From NCBI GenBank assembly GCA_964016885.1, contig OZ024742.1, positions 113,274,001 to 113,338,000 of the forward strand: 64,000 bases of DNA, read 5' to 3'. Positions 38,103-53,511 of the stretch are shown here, one piece after another. Position 1 is the first letter of the stretch; the number at the start of each line of letters is the position of its first letter. The stretch is from Eledone cirrhosa (taxonomy: Eukaryota). The notes under the pieces were generated by a model. That model was not told where the DNA came from. It searched no databases and saw only the letters and a program-made list of their open reading frames with translations. The position numbers and the translations under genes were made by a program.

Positions 38103-38354
38103 AGATCTCTCAAGCACTCTCACCTTCCCTCTCAATCGCTCCTTGAATTTCCCACGGGACTTTTCACGCTCTCTCTTTCTCCCTCTCTCTCTATTGCTTT
38201 AACCTTCTCCATACCCTTACCTCTCTCTCTCTCTATCTCTCGCTTTAACTTTCTCCTGCCCGTACTGCTCTCTCTTTCTCTCTCTCTCGCTTTAACCTTC
38301 TCCCTCCCCGTAGAGCTCTCTCTCTCTCTCTCTCTATCTCTCTCACTCCTCTCT

Positions 38355-40640
38355 ACAGCGAAATGGACCGCATGCAAGGAGGAACAGTAAATAAATGAAA
38401 TTGGACAAAGATAGAACTGGAGGTGCTGTTCAACTGATGGAGCCTGACTGATGGGTAACCGCCAGCCAATATAATCCAGGATACGTTGCAGAGTTACTGA
38501 TTTCTGAGGACTTTGGTGCAAATAGGAAAAGGGGTGAAATTTAGAGGGTCTATGCTCTCATAGACCTACACATGGCCTTGCTAAGCCGTGCCTTCAAGGT
38601 GGAAAAAGACAGAGAAAAAGGAAAGGTAGAAATTGCAAACACTCACCAAGAAGGGTCTACAGTGACACACAAAGAACTGAAAAAACACACAAATGAGATA
38701 CCCGCCGCCACAGTCAAAGAAGACAACCCAGGCGAACAACAGGCAAGCGCTAAAGGTGAAACAAGAAATCACCATCCGAAGGAAATCTTTCAAGCAGAAA
38801 GGAGCCAGTAGACAACTGTCCAAAGGAAGAACAGAGAAGGCACGTAGACACTGCGAGAAAGAAAATCCAGGTAAAATGCAAGATCTGCCGGAACGGGCCC
38901 AGCTGCCATGGAGAAACAGGAACAAGCTCTAGGTTCTCTCAGCTGAGGAAGACGGTTAGCTACGTCCACTCTACGCACCGCAAATACACCAGCCTGACCC
39001 AGCTCGGGTGCAAGCTGCCCCATAAATATGTGATATCGCTCGCACCTCCCCAATAATGAGTAGAAGGCACGCATATACAGATGAAATATTGACAGCAGCA
39101 GGGGAATAAAATAATTTTTGAGAAATGGCAGAGAGAATTGTGCCATACCTGACATGGCTATATCGTTTTCAGAGCTAGTGTTACTCACATCAGCACTCGA
39201 GACCACCACAATCAAGGAATCAAGGGTGGCCGCCACTGACACCAGGGCCACCTCCTCATTGGAATGACATCACTAAAGGACGGGACGGCACAATATGCCC
39301 TATCTACAAAGGAGGAAGCAGAGCGAATGGCAAAAACATACAGGCCAGTCTCCCTGACGTCACATATATGTGAAGTCATGGAATTAATCATCAGAAAGTA
39401 ACTGATCACCTTCTTCGAGGAAAACGACTACCTAAATAACACGTAGCAAGGCTTTTGCCCAGGAAGCAGTTGCCTTACACACTAGTGACAACACTATGCA
39501 TGAGTACTGAAACAACTGCTGGACATCTCATATGTGGACATGATATATCTTGACTTTGCGAAGGCCTTTCACAAGGTCGACCAAGGAACGATATGCCACA
39601 TACTATACACTCTCGGCATAACTGGAAAAATAGATAAGTGCCTGCATAATTTCTTTAAAAAAAACCAACCAGCTCTCAAAAGATACAACAATAACAACTG
39701 GGGCGCCCCAGTCTAGAGACCACTAGTGTTTTGGGTGGCTCTTTCGGATATGCTCTCTGTAGTACATACAACATCCGTCCCTAGCTATGCTGATGACACA
39801 ATGGTAGCAAAGGTAATAACAAATCAGGCTGATGCCGCCCTTTTACAACAAGATTTTATGCCATATAGAAATGGGCCGACTACAACAACACGCAGTTTAA
39901 TGCTAGATAATGTTACGCCCTACAATACCAACCTGCTAACACAAAGACAGTACAAAACAGCTACACGGGACGAGGAGTGATCAAAGTCCCCGTGTCGAAA
40001 TAGAAATGAGACCTGGGGATAGACATGAGCGACGAAGCATCTTTTCATTCACACATCATGAGGGTGGCGACAATGTGAAGACGACTCCCTGGCTTGATCT
40101 TTAGGATTTTCTGGACAAGCGACTGAGAGACTATGTTGATACTATGGAGGACATTTGTCCTAAGCCAACTGGATTACTGTTCCCAACTGTGGTCACCTCA
40201 TAGTGTCAATCAAAAAAACGGACCTTGAGGCAATCCAATGAAGTTACACCCAGAGGGTTGCCAGATTGAAGGAGTTGAGCTATTGGCAGAAGCTAAAAGA
40301 ACTGAAACTCAACTATTTGGAAGTCTGGAGATACGCAGTGATATATATTGAGAGCTGCACAAGCGCCCGATCAAGACGTTCCTGAGTGGTACCAAATGTA
40401 CCGTCTTTCACACCAAGAATAAGGAGTAGATTTTACAATAGACTGGGGTTCAGAGACCCTCAGCTCTTCAACAAGCTGCCAATAAATTTGAGAGATCTGC
40501 ATTGTGTGGGCGTGGATGTTTTCAAAAAGCATCTTGACATCTTGCTATCTAGGATCCTGGATAAGCCCACATCACGGTATGAAAGTAACCTGAGGTAAGC
40601 AGCATAAACCTCCGCTTACGCCAATGGTCAGCCAGCCCAG
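38355..40640 (+). mobile_element. CR1-clade LINE, 5'-truncated and decayed
   Basis: YRPVSLTSHICEVMELII, DMIYLDFAKAFHKVD, SYADDT, LDYCSQLWSP, PQLFNKLPINLRDL. Confidence 0.88.
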
Positions 40641-41213
40641 GCTGGAGATAGAATGCGTAGCAACAAGGACGCTACCCCAGCGCGGCTCAACCAGATGGAT
40701 GGAACAGGTAAAAGAGTAAACAATAAAAGAGTAGAAACGATCTTAATTAAGCATTTGGCCATGAAGACAATTATGAGTCTCGTGGAAGCTATGAAAGTTG
40801 TGCCTAAATCGGATATCATAATATATATGATGAGTAATCAATGATTTTCAACGTATTTCTGGTTTTAATTTTCGCATATTTTCGGTTGAATAAGAATATG
40901 TTCACCCTCCCAAACAGCCACGCAATCTCACATAGATTCAATTATATATATATTAATCTATCTTTCAATCATGCTTTTATTATAGATATTAGCAGAAAAA
41001 CCATCCGGTTGGCGGTTATATTCAAGCATATTTAGTGTGCATATTAATATTATAATTATATAAATATATATATATATATATATATAAGTATGTATGTATA
41101 TGTACATACATATATGTATACAAACGTACAGTAGTATGTATATGTATACATACATGCACGCACATATATATGCACGTATCGGTTTACCGAACTTTCAGAC
41201 GTTCAACCATCTG

Positions 41214-41274
41214 GCAGGAAGGTATACGGTGCTGACGATAGCTAATAAGCTTGAAACTAGTACATCGTTCCTGT
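41214..41274 (+). ncRNA. Type I hammerhead ribozyme (unit 1)
   Basis: GCAGGA-aggtat-ACGGTG-CTGACGA-tAGCT(aata)AGCTt-GAAA-CTAG-TA-CATCGT-TCCTGT. Predicted cleavage after A41262. Confidence 0.82.
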
Positions 41275-41655
41275 GTCAGTGTTGAACAAAAAGGTGACGT
41301 GGTTGCCTAAACACTGTACAGCGTAATTCGCGCTGTTTGTTTGTTTACAAACAAACAAACCGAACATTATAATAAATGTTCGGCAAACCGATACATGCAT
41401 ATATATGTGCGTGCATGTATGTATATATATACATACTACTGTACGTATGTATACATATATGTATGTACGTATACATACATACTTACATTTAAGTAAGTGC
41501 CGTACTAAGAGTGACAAATGAAATTTTGTTTCATTATATTCCATTTATCGTTTTCGGTGTGTCCGGCCGACTGAACTCACTCGATATGCAAATTAGGCTG
41601 CTCAGCCCTTAATATGCATAATGAAAGTATTTATTTTCACACGTTCAACCATCTG

Positions 41656-41716
41656 GCAGGAATGTATACGATGCTGACGATAGCTAATAAGAATGAAACT
41701 AGTACATCGTTCCTGT
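41656..41716 (+). ncRNA. Type I hammerhead ribozyme (unit 2, stem II weakened)
   Basis: ACGATG-CTGACGA-tagctaataagaat-GAAA-CTAG-TA-CATCGT. Predicted cleavage after A41704. Confidence 0.72.
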
Positions 41717-41984
41717 GTCATTGTTGAACAAAAAGGTGACGTGGTTGCCTAAACACTGTACGGCGAAATTCGGGCTGTTTGTTTGTTTACAAACAAACCT
41801 AGCATTATAATAAATGTTCGGTAAACCGATACGTGCATATATATATATATGTGTGCATGTATGTATATATATATACATACTACTGTACGTATGTGTACAT
41901 ATATGTATGTACGTATACATACATACTTACATTTAAGTAAGTGCTGTACTAAGAGTGAGAAATGAAATTTCGTTTCATTCTATC

Positions 41985-42116
<132 letters not shown>

Positions 42117-42193
42117 CGGAGGAGTTGTGGTAAGGAACCAGATGGATAATAACGTACGAGAGTACTCGATACTTAGTGTAGTAGAGTAGATAA

Positions 42194-42251
42194 TAGGAGA
42201 AAGTATGACCCCGACGCCAGAGCTCTGCCATCGAGGTCATACTTTCTACTA
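42194..42251. repeat. 58-bp near-perfect palindrome
   Basis: taggagaaagtatgaccccgacgccagag|ctctgccatcgaggtcatactttctacta; 4 mismatches in 29-bp arms, no spacer. Confidence 0.9.
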
Positions 42252-43156
42252 TATATATATAGATATATATTATAGTTGAGACAGTAAACAAAATCATAAA
42301 AAAACACAACGTTGAAGTGAAGAGTCAGTAGAAAATCTTAATATCAGATTCACGCTTAATATTAATTTCATACATATATATATATATGCATATAAATATG
42401 ATACGTAAATTGAAATATAAATTCTCTTCATTCACCTAACCGAGGTAACTGGTGGTGCTCGCGGGGGCGATTAGCTGTTTCACCCAACTAAACGCTCTGC
42501 GTGTGCTGGCTTGCCTCAAATCATATTAGAGATATTTTCCTGTCCTCGCGATATCGTTATCTTTCTGTTTTGGTACCGTTTCGTTTCTCCACCCTACTCA
42601 CCCGCCTTTTGCTGTATGTGGTCCAAGGTGTGGGTATTACCTACCTCTGTGTTTTTCTTTATTTTTCTTTTCTCGTTTCCCTATTCTTTATAATGTTTGC
42701 AAAACAATAAAATAAAACTACATTTTTAAGGGTATTTAGACAGCTGTGAATAAAATCGGATTTGACACAATGCGTACAGAAATTGAACGAAACTGAGTTA
42801 CACTTTCTTCTGTAATTAGTAAATTAATCCCTGATACATCTAAAACAAAAACGATAATATATTTAGATGATATTACAAAAGAGGGTACATAGAACCATTA
42901 TTCACTGTAGAAGATAGGGAAAAGAAAATAGCAAGTTGACGAATTGAAAACTGAAAAGCGAAACTTTCACCAATTGCTGCTGGATTTACGAGGGAAAGGA
43001 AGCTCCGTCAAATATATTTGTCACCTGTGGGTCAAGTCAGTCAGCTGTGTCAGTAGTAAAGGGGTGTATACGTATAAAACTATGTATGAAACTGTGAATA
43101 TCTCGTCTGGACGGAAATGTGAGAAGGATGAACAAAATATTAATAAAATAATAATA

Positions 43157-43290
43157 ATTGTTTCTACTTTAGACACAAGGCCAGCAGTTATCCAGTGCAT
43201 TAATGGTACTTTATTTTATCGACCCCCGTAAGGATGAAAGGCAAACTCAACATAGGCGGGATTTGAACTCAGATCGTAAAGGGACGTGAT
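43157..43290 (-). mobile_element. SINE family 1, 5'-truncated (further tail fragment at ~43362-43412)
   Basis: caaggccagcag...atcgacccccgtaaggatgaaaggcaaa...ggcgggatttgaactcag. Confidence 0.85.
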
Positions 43291-46154
43291 ATAATAAAAT
43301 AATAAATTAATAAAATAATAATATAATAAAATAATAAAATAATAAAATAATATTAATAATGATTGTTTCTACTTTTGGTACAAGGCCATCAATTACTCAA
43401 GTTAATTACTGGAACTGGAGATAGGGTGTTAAAATGCATATGGATATTAATATAATATATGTGAACAAAAGAGTATGAACAAGATATAAAGAGGATATAA
43501 ATATGCATACACATATAACTATACTGATTAAACAAAAATGGTATAAATAGAAACAGTATGTTGATGCAGAAAATTCACTAGAGTAACGTTCCATACTTTC
43601 AGGTGGAAACGTAAAAATGCCAGCGATCTAGAGAGTTCATCGTATCATAACCCAGTTTGTGTGTGAGTAGGTAGTCGTTTAAGAATATGTTAGGGGTACG
43701 AGAAAGGCTAGGAGTCAGTTCATCTGTAATAGATCCTCCAGGGTTTGGTTGTGGCCTGTGTTCTTCATTTCACCAAAAGCCATCAACTGCAACAGGGTAT
43801 ATATAAAGTTGAACAGTTGGAATCCAGACGTATGGTCATTATCAGAGAAAATAGCTAGAATATCGTGTAAAATACTCTTAGACAGGAAGGAAATTGGCAG
43901 TCAATAACAACTACTTAAATTCAGGATAACTCAATTTCCATTTCATTAAATGGCATCTGATTAATTTTCATGCCAAAATTCAGAACTACACGTACAATAT
44001 ATTTGTGGATATGGGCGAAAGTAGTCAAATCTTACAATGCAGTACACCGTTTGGATGGTTGGAAGTTGAAACTTTGAAATGTAAAAATGTAATCACTATG
44101 AAAGGAAATAACCTTAGAAAGATCTGATAAATTTCGTTTAGACGCATGATACAGTTATCCAGCTGCACCCAACAAAGAATTGAACAAGTCATCTCTGGAA
44201 TTCTGGCCAAGTGTGTTATCTTATGGCCAAAATGGCAGCCGCCTCTAATGACTCTCTAAATTAGTAATTATACATGCAATGGATTTGCGGCTCGCAGAGA
44301 CAACAAACCAGTCGTCAGGCTTATCTAGTTATTTGGATGATCTAATTTTTGAAATGTTGGAATCCAAACGAAGAAACAGAACAATTAATAAAAAAAGTAA
44401 TTATTCTAATTATTTGTGTTTTTCGTTTTGATTATAAACTATAAATACATACATCTAGTCAATATGTTCATGGAGTCACATTTATATAACTTTATGTGAT
44501 AATCCTTGTAGACAAATGTATTAATTTCTCGCACCATTGCGTCCGTTGTGACTACCTCAATTAAGTTGTAGCTACATCATCGATTTGTATGTAATATAAT
44601 ATTATACCACTCGCTTTATATAATAGTTAAATGACGTGCTGGTTAATATTTTCCTACCTAGTAGTTTGAGAGCTTACTTTTTAAGCTGTGAATATCACAC
44701 TCTTTGAATCGCCCACCTAAAAGTGAGCTTCCCCCTTTTAAGAAATATCACGTGGCACTACAATAACGATTAACACTGGAGTATATCGGTAATATGACTC
44801 TTCATGACATAATCGATAGTGTATTTATCGAATGAATGCCTGCTAACGAAGGAATCCCTTTCTATTGCTTAACAACTACTAAGTTCATTTATTTCTGGCA
44901 TATGCCTAATGCAAATCACATTGCCCTTTTCCACCGGTTCCAGAAACTAAATGATTCCAGTTGAGTTTTTTCATCTGTTCGTATTTATCGTTGTTGTGGT
45001 AATATACTATGGTTATACATACCTAGTTGATATATTCTTGGTGTGACACTTTATATAAACTTAGGTGTTGACTCTAGTCGAGCGATTTATTACATCTTTA
45101 CAACATTGAGTGCTTTCTGACTACCTTCAATTATTCGATTAGTATCTGCGGAATTGCAACTAAAACTTCAATTTATACATATATATCATATATATGCTAT
45201 ATGTATATTGAGAGAGAGAGAACAAGAGAGTGACATAGAAAGAGATAGAAAGTGAGTGAGAGAGGGGGGGAGATATATATATATATATATAGATATAGAT
45301 ATATATAGAGAGAGAGATAGAGAGAGAGAGAGATAGAGATAGAGAGAGATGGATTTATGCACACACATAGTTATGCATATATACCTACATCCTGACAGAG
45401 AAAGTATATATATATAGAGAGAGGGGGAAAAGAGAGAGTATAGATAATACAAGAGCATATAAAAAGTAATGTTCTTATATAATGCATATAATTTCGTTTC
45501 AGATTCGATAATTGTTACCCGTCCGGTCACCCCTCGCTAATCAGAAGGAACATCTTCTAACATATATTTGAAATACTTACAAATATCACCATTATCATCA
45601 TTTCCAAAAACTCTTTTATTTTTCCAAAAACTTTTTTACTTTTTCTCTCACATATTCTCAGCTACTGCATACACTTCAATCATTAGCAACTCTCTCAACA
45701 CACCCATTCATAAACACATATCCAACGCAGCCTTCCCCTATTTATACTGTATCTATTATCGAGAATTTTAGGCTTGGCTGATGACACAGACACTGCGTAT
45801 GTGACATTCCAAAGTAACAAGACTCGGCACTTAGCCATGATAATTCTTGTATATATGTATATATACTGTTATATATTTTGAAGGGGCATGCTGCCAAGAA
45901 ATACACTCCACTGTTGGATTTCACTTCAATTTAATATGTTAACTGAGTCGGAGTGTATAATAAAGTAAAGTGAAATGCAACAGGGGCGTTTTATTTTCAT
46001 TAGCAGCATGATCCCCCGGATGTACAACAAAATATGATCCCACACACGTTTCCAGATAAGAATTATGGCAAATCAAATAACAAAGTGTATATATATATAT
46101 ATATCATTTCTGAATTTGTTTAGCAAGATTCTTTTTCTTAAAGCGTGTGTTGAA

Positions 46155-48900
46155 ACCGATATTGTTATACTTTGGGAAGGTCATGTTGCCAATAAGAAAC
46201 ACACGCACCACCAATTTCACTTCAATTTAGTATAAATTAAATTTATAGATTTAAGAAATTTATAAATTTCCGGTTGGTCGGTTGATTCCACAACCGGACG
46301 GCTGTTCATATATTGTCAAAGTTCTTTCGTCACTCATTATGTGACCTCTTTAGTGACTGGGGATTCTCTCTTTGTTGTGTACCTCTCCTTTGTTCTGTCC
46401 TACGCCATCTTGTTTTACTGTGTTTTGTGTGCTTAGTTTGGCAATGTGTTACATCCGGGTGTATGTGTGTGTTTTTATTTGTTTATTTATTTGGTTATTT
46501 AAATGTTACTGGTTGGTTGTTTGTTCTATGTGTGTGTGTTTTCATTCTGTCCTTAATTGTAAGTTGTGATGTTGCTATTCCATTCATGTTTTCTATTTAA
46601 TTTTGGTTGGAGTTCATTTATGTTTATTGCCTCTGTTATTTGTCTAAACATTGCGTCTTTTCTGTGTGTAGATTTTATTTTTATTTCTATGTTCTCTAAT
46701 TTGCCCTTATATTCTATTTTAGCATGTTGGCGAAGTACTGATGAATATTTTCTATCGTGAAGCTGTCGCCAGTGTTCATCTAATCGTTCTCCTCTACTAC
46801 GTGCTGCCTCACCTATGTACACTATATTATTATATTTACATTGTCCTTCAGTACATCTTATGCTATATACTATGTTTCTAGTTTTACAGTTAATATAGGG
46901 GCTTAGTTTACAGATTATGCATTCTTATCTATACAGGTAGGTATTTAAAAAGGGTATCTATTACTATAAATGTTTTTTATGGAGGTACCTGGTCTTTCTA
47001 CTATCTTAATATTTAGTTTAAGTTTATCTAGTGTCCTTCTGAATTTGTAAGCTAATTCACCTCTAGGGGTTGTATTATTGAACATTACACTCTGGTATGT
47101 ATTGCTATCATATCATGAGTGTATTCTATAAACCTTATTCCTAGTCCTTTCTATTCTATTCCAAAATGTGCTCCTATACAATGCAGGTCCCATTTGTATC
47201 ATTATTTACCATTTCTTCCCAGTTGGTTCTGACTCCTCTATATACTCTGATTGTAACTATAGAACCGCATTCGGTGGATGAAGTGTTGTATATACGCGTC
47301 TATTGCTTTGGGGTTGCACATGCGGGACACGTTTCTCATCACTCGTACTAAATGCGTAATCAGTATGTTGATTTTTGTGTGATCCGAAACAGCTGAGTTT
47401 CGGTGGATCAGATATTTGGAAGTTATGGATTTGGCATAATGGGAATGGAGGATTTGTTTTTTGTTATTAATTGTTTCTAACCAGAGATCTGTGTCTAGTG
47501 CAGGTAATCGATGGTTGCGGTGTTTGCTTGGGTAGTCTATAGTAACTCTAATACCCTGGTGGATGGAGTTAGCTATTTTCTGGATGTTTTCCATGGTGTT
47601 TTTCTCTAATTCCTGACTGTTCTCTAGTGGGGGTGCTTTTACTACAATGTTTATATCACCAACGTAGCGAGACTACATTATCAGGTTTAAGAAGGTGCTG
47701 TCTTCTAATTGTTTTTTTTAAGTGTATTGTCCCACCATACCATGAATAGGTTAGCTATGTCACCCGCAAGGCTAACACCGATGGCTGCTCCCTTCTCTTG
47801 GGCATATGTTTTTTCCAGTAAATTTGAACATATGTTCCTTAAGGTTAATTTTATACTGACCCCCACGGCATGTGCAATCATTTTCGTTAGTTCATCATGG
47901 TTTTCGGGGGCCTGTATGGCTCTGGTCCACCCGTTCCATCTTTCTGTGTGGGTTTTCTTGGTCATTGAGGTAATGGTAGGTGGTCTGCCTCTTTCTGGCC
48001 TTGTGGGGCTAACGTTGCTAATGTCGTACGTATCTAGATAATCATTACTATAAGTAAATGTATGTAGGAGTTCCATCTCACTGGTATCAATCCCAGGGAA
48101 TTCAATATTGCTCTCACTGATAATTTCTAAGCATTTCTCCACAGGAAAATCCACGCCAATGGATGGATGTAGTGACACAACATCCATACTACCTATTAAA
48201 CAGTCTTTTCGGTCCCTAGATCGGTTGTTTTGGATTATTTTGCTGAGGAGGCCCTCTGTGCTGTAACATATATCCAGGGACATTTCAATGATGAGGCGTA
48301 CGATCAGGGAGAGGAAGTAGGAAAGTATGTAGTTACTAGCAATGTTAGCTCCACAGACTGGCCGTGTTGGTGGTCGTGTGACTGGGTCACTGTTCGTCTT
48401 ATGATTTTTTCGAAGCCCATACCACGCTGGCACGTCATTGTTCCAGGCCTGGAAGTTGGTGGCAGTCTGTTTATTGGGCTGCATCATGTTTGTCCACATC
48501 AGCATATGAGCATTGAGCTTTTTCTCCCTATCCTCATGCTCTTGTGGTGTTACTTCTGCTGTGTTAGTGATGTCGGGTTGCATTGGCTGGATGTAGTTTG
48601 ACAGACTGTCCACCGACATACTGCGAGACTTGTATGTTGGAAAGCATGCAATCTCTCCATTACGTGAGTGTTGTAGGAGCTTACGCAAGTCATTCGCATA
48701 TTTTTCTCCCAGTTGCTGGCCCTGCATTCTATTTTGCTTATTGCTATACTGTTTTATAATATTTCTAAGTTTAGATCTAGCTATATTAAATTGTGCTTCT
48801 GTTTGTTCATCGACCTGTGACGGCAATTGCGTGCGTTTGTTAAAAGCTAAAGTCATGGCGTGTACTCGTCGTAGGTCGAAGGACATATCGGAAGGATTAT
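46155..48900 (-). mobile_element. Penelope-like element (Neptune-like), 5'-truncated: RT + GIY-YIG + pLTR
   Basis: WYGLRKNHK, RPVCGA, SMDVVSLHPSI, GAAIGVSLAGDIANLFM, RYVGD, LPALD; Cx4CxxC linker; YIGEAARSRGERLDEH...EAININELQPKLN; HHR relic at 46315-46357. Confidence 0.9.
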
Positions 48901-48960
48901 AAAAAAGTAGAATTCCAGGCTGTTGCTTTATGTTTTGTTATTGTTGTTATTGTTAGTTAC

Positions 48961-50564
48961 CAATGACCAATAAAGCCCTCACAGAAAGATAGAACGGTGA
49001 CCAGTGCCATACGTACTCCCGAAAACCATGATGAACTAACGAAAATAATTGCACATGCGGTGGGAACCAGTAAAAATTAACCCTTAATGAACATATGTTC
49101 AAATTTAATGGAAAAACATACGCCCAAGTATTAGAGTATTAGAGTTACTATAGACTACCCAAGCAAACAGCCTAACCATCGATTACCTGTACTAGACACA
49201 TAGCTCTGGTTAGAAACAATTAATAACAAAAAACTAATCCTCCACTCCCATTCAGCCAATCCCATGACTTCCAAATATCTGATCCACCGAAACTCAGTTG
49301 TTTACGATCACAGCCAAATCAACATACTGATTGCGGATTTAGTACAGGTTATGAGAAACGTGTTCCCCATGTGCAACCCCAAAGAAACAGAGACATATAC
49401 AATACTTCATCCACCGAATTCGGTTCTCTGGTTACAATCAGAGAGAAAAAATAAGAGTATATAGAGGAGTCAGAACCAACAGGGAAAAAATAGTAAATAA
49501 TGATACAAATGGGACCTGCCCCTTGTATAGGAGCAAATGTTGGAATATAATAGAAAGAACCAGGAATAAGGTTAATAGAATAAACTCATGGTATGATAGC
49601 AATAAATACCAAGTGGTTAATTAGCTTACACATTTAGAAGGGCCCTAGATAAATTTAAACTAAATATTAAGATAGTAGAAAGACCAGGTACCTCCATAAA
49701 AACACTTATAGTAATGCATACCCTTTTCAAAGATATCCCTGTATAGATAAGAAATGCATAATCTGTAAACTAAGCCCTCATATAACTGTACAACTAGAAA
49801 CATAGCATATAACATACGATGTATTGAAAGACACTGTAAAGATAAGAATATAGTGTACATAGGTGAGACAGCTCGTAGTATAGGAGAACAATTAAATGAA
49901 CACTGGCTAGAGGTTCAAGATAGAAAAGATTCATCAGTACACAACCAACATGCTAAAATAGAACATAATGGCAAATTAGAGAACATAGAAATAAAAATAA
50001 AATGTACTCACAGAATAAAAGCAATGTTTAGACAAATCACAGAGGCAATAAACATAAATTAACTCCAACCAAAATTAAATAGAAAACATGAATGGAAGAG
50101 CAATATCTCAACTCACAATTAAGGACAACATGAAAACACACACACATAGAACAAACAACCAACCAGTAACATCTAAATGAACAAATAAATAAGCAAATAA
50201 AAACACAATCAGACACCCGGATGTAACACATCCGGGTGTATTAGTGTGTTTTTATTTGCTTATTTATTTGCTTATTTATTTATTTTAACTAAGCACACAA
50301 CACACACAAACACAAGATGGCGTAGGGCAGAACAATGAAGATGCACAAAACAAAGAGAAGAATCCCCAGTCACTGAAGAGGTCACATAATGTGTGACGAA
50401 AGAACTTTGACAATATATCAACAACCGTCCGGTTGTGGCACGAACCAACCAACCGGAAATTTATAAATTTCTTAAATTTAGAAATTTAATTTATGATAAA
50501 TTGGTGTGAAAATTACCGGTGCGTGTGTTTCTTATTGGCAACATGAGCCTCCCAAAGTATAACA

Positions 50565-50567
<3 letters not shown>
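48961..50567 (+). mobile_element. Inverted, shorter copy of the same PLE (RT core deleted)
   Basis: Reverse complement of ~46155-47967 with a deletion at ~49128; YIGETARSIGEQLNEH; same 3' end (aagtataacaatat). Confidence 0.9.
50369..50411 (+). ncRNA. Minimal PLE hammerhead ribozyme
   Basis: GTCA-CTGAAGA-g-GTCAC(ataatgt)GTGAC-GAAA-GAAC-TT-TGAC. Confidence 0.7.
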
Positions 50568-52800
<2,233 letters not shown>

Positions 52801-53223
52801 ACACATACCCATATAATAGATCGTGTGTTGTGCACGCGCGTGTTTATGTATATATGTTTAGTATTTAAAAGAAAACTTGTAATTCACCAAGCTGTCTCGT
52901 GGTGGTTGAATCTTAAAATACGTGTTGCTTATGATGATTGTAATACAACTTTTCAATATATTGATTGCTTTACTCTTTTTCAAGTAGGCAAAAAGTTCGA
53001 ATTATTCAATACATCAAATACTTTTTCAAAACGACATACTTAAGTGAGATATAATCAATGACGTCGAAAACCCCTGAAACTTGTATGGAATTCTGAGGAA
53101 CATTTCTTTTAAAATTATTGATTATTCCAAAAGTAAATATAACACTTTTGAATAATTCACCAATGTTTGAAATTATGAATTTCTTGATTATAATAAATTA
53201 ATATAAATAATTTCGAATCAGTA

Positions 53224-53511
53224 TCATAGAAGGACCTCAATGTGGAGAAGACTACACCGTGGGAATTGCACACGAATTATCTTCGTTTGATATATCTCTC
53301 TAAATTTAATAAACTGAATACCTTCGCTATAATATCCTTGTCCCGAGGAAGTGGTGGAAACTACAATGCCGATGTACAAGCGAAGCTTGATGGGCGCACT
53401 TATGCTCCGTTTGACGAAATAAGTGTATCCGTTCAAATACAGCAGTTTCCTTCCCAATCCTGTAGTCGATGTCAAGCTCGGTGTCGCTACTATTGCTGAG
53501 GATGCTGCCAA
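53224..53511 (-). pseudogene. Possible FLYWCH-like (MULE transposase N-terminal) relic
   Basis: TTGLGRKLLYLNGYTYFVKR resembles the FLYWCH start (G..L.l.GY.Y); the downstream W/C/H residues are not in frame. Confidence 0.3.

Larger units (their letters stand above)
41085..41984 (+). mobile_element. Tandem 442-bp hammerhead-containing repeat (non-LTR retrozyme-like), ~1.8 units plus inverted 5' segment 41085-41192
   Basis: Two HHRs 442 nt apart; no coding capacity; many internal hairpins; flanked by (TA)n. Confidence 0.8.

Noticed and set aside
43600-44400. Possible RTE-like APE relic (SEKIARI, NFHAKI)
   Set aside because: Motifs are too short and frame-broken to support a call.
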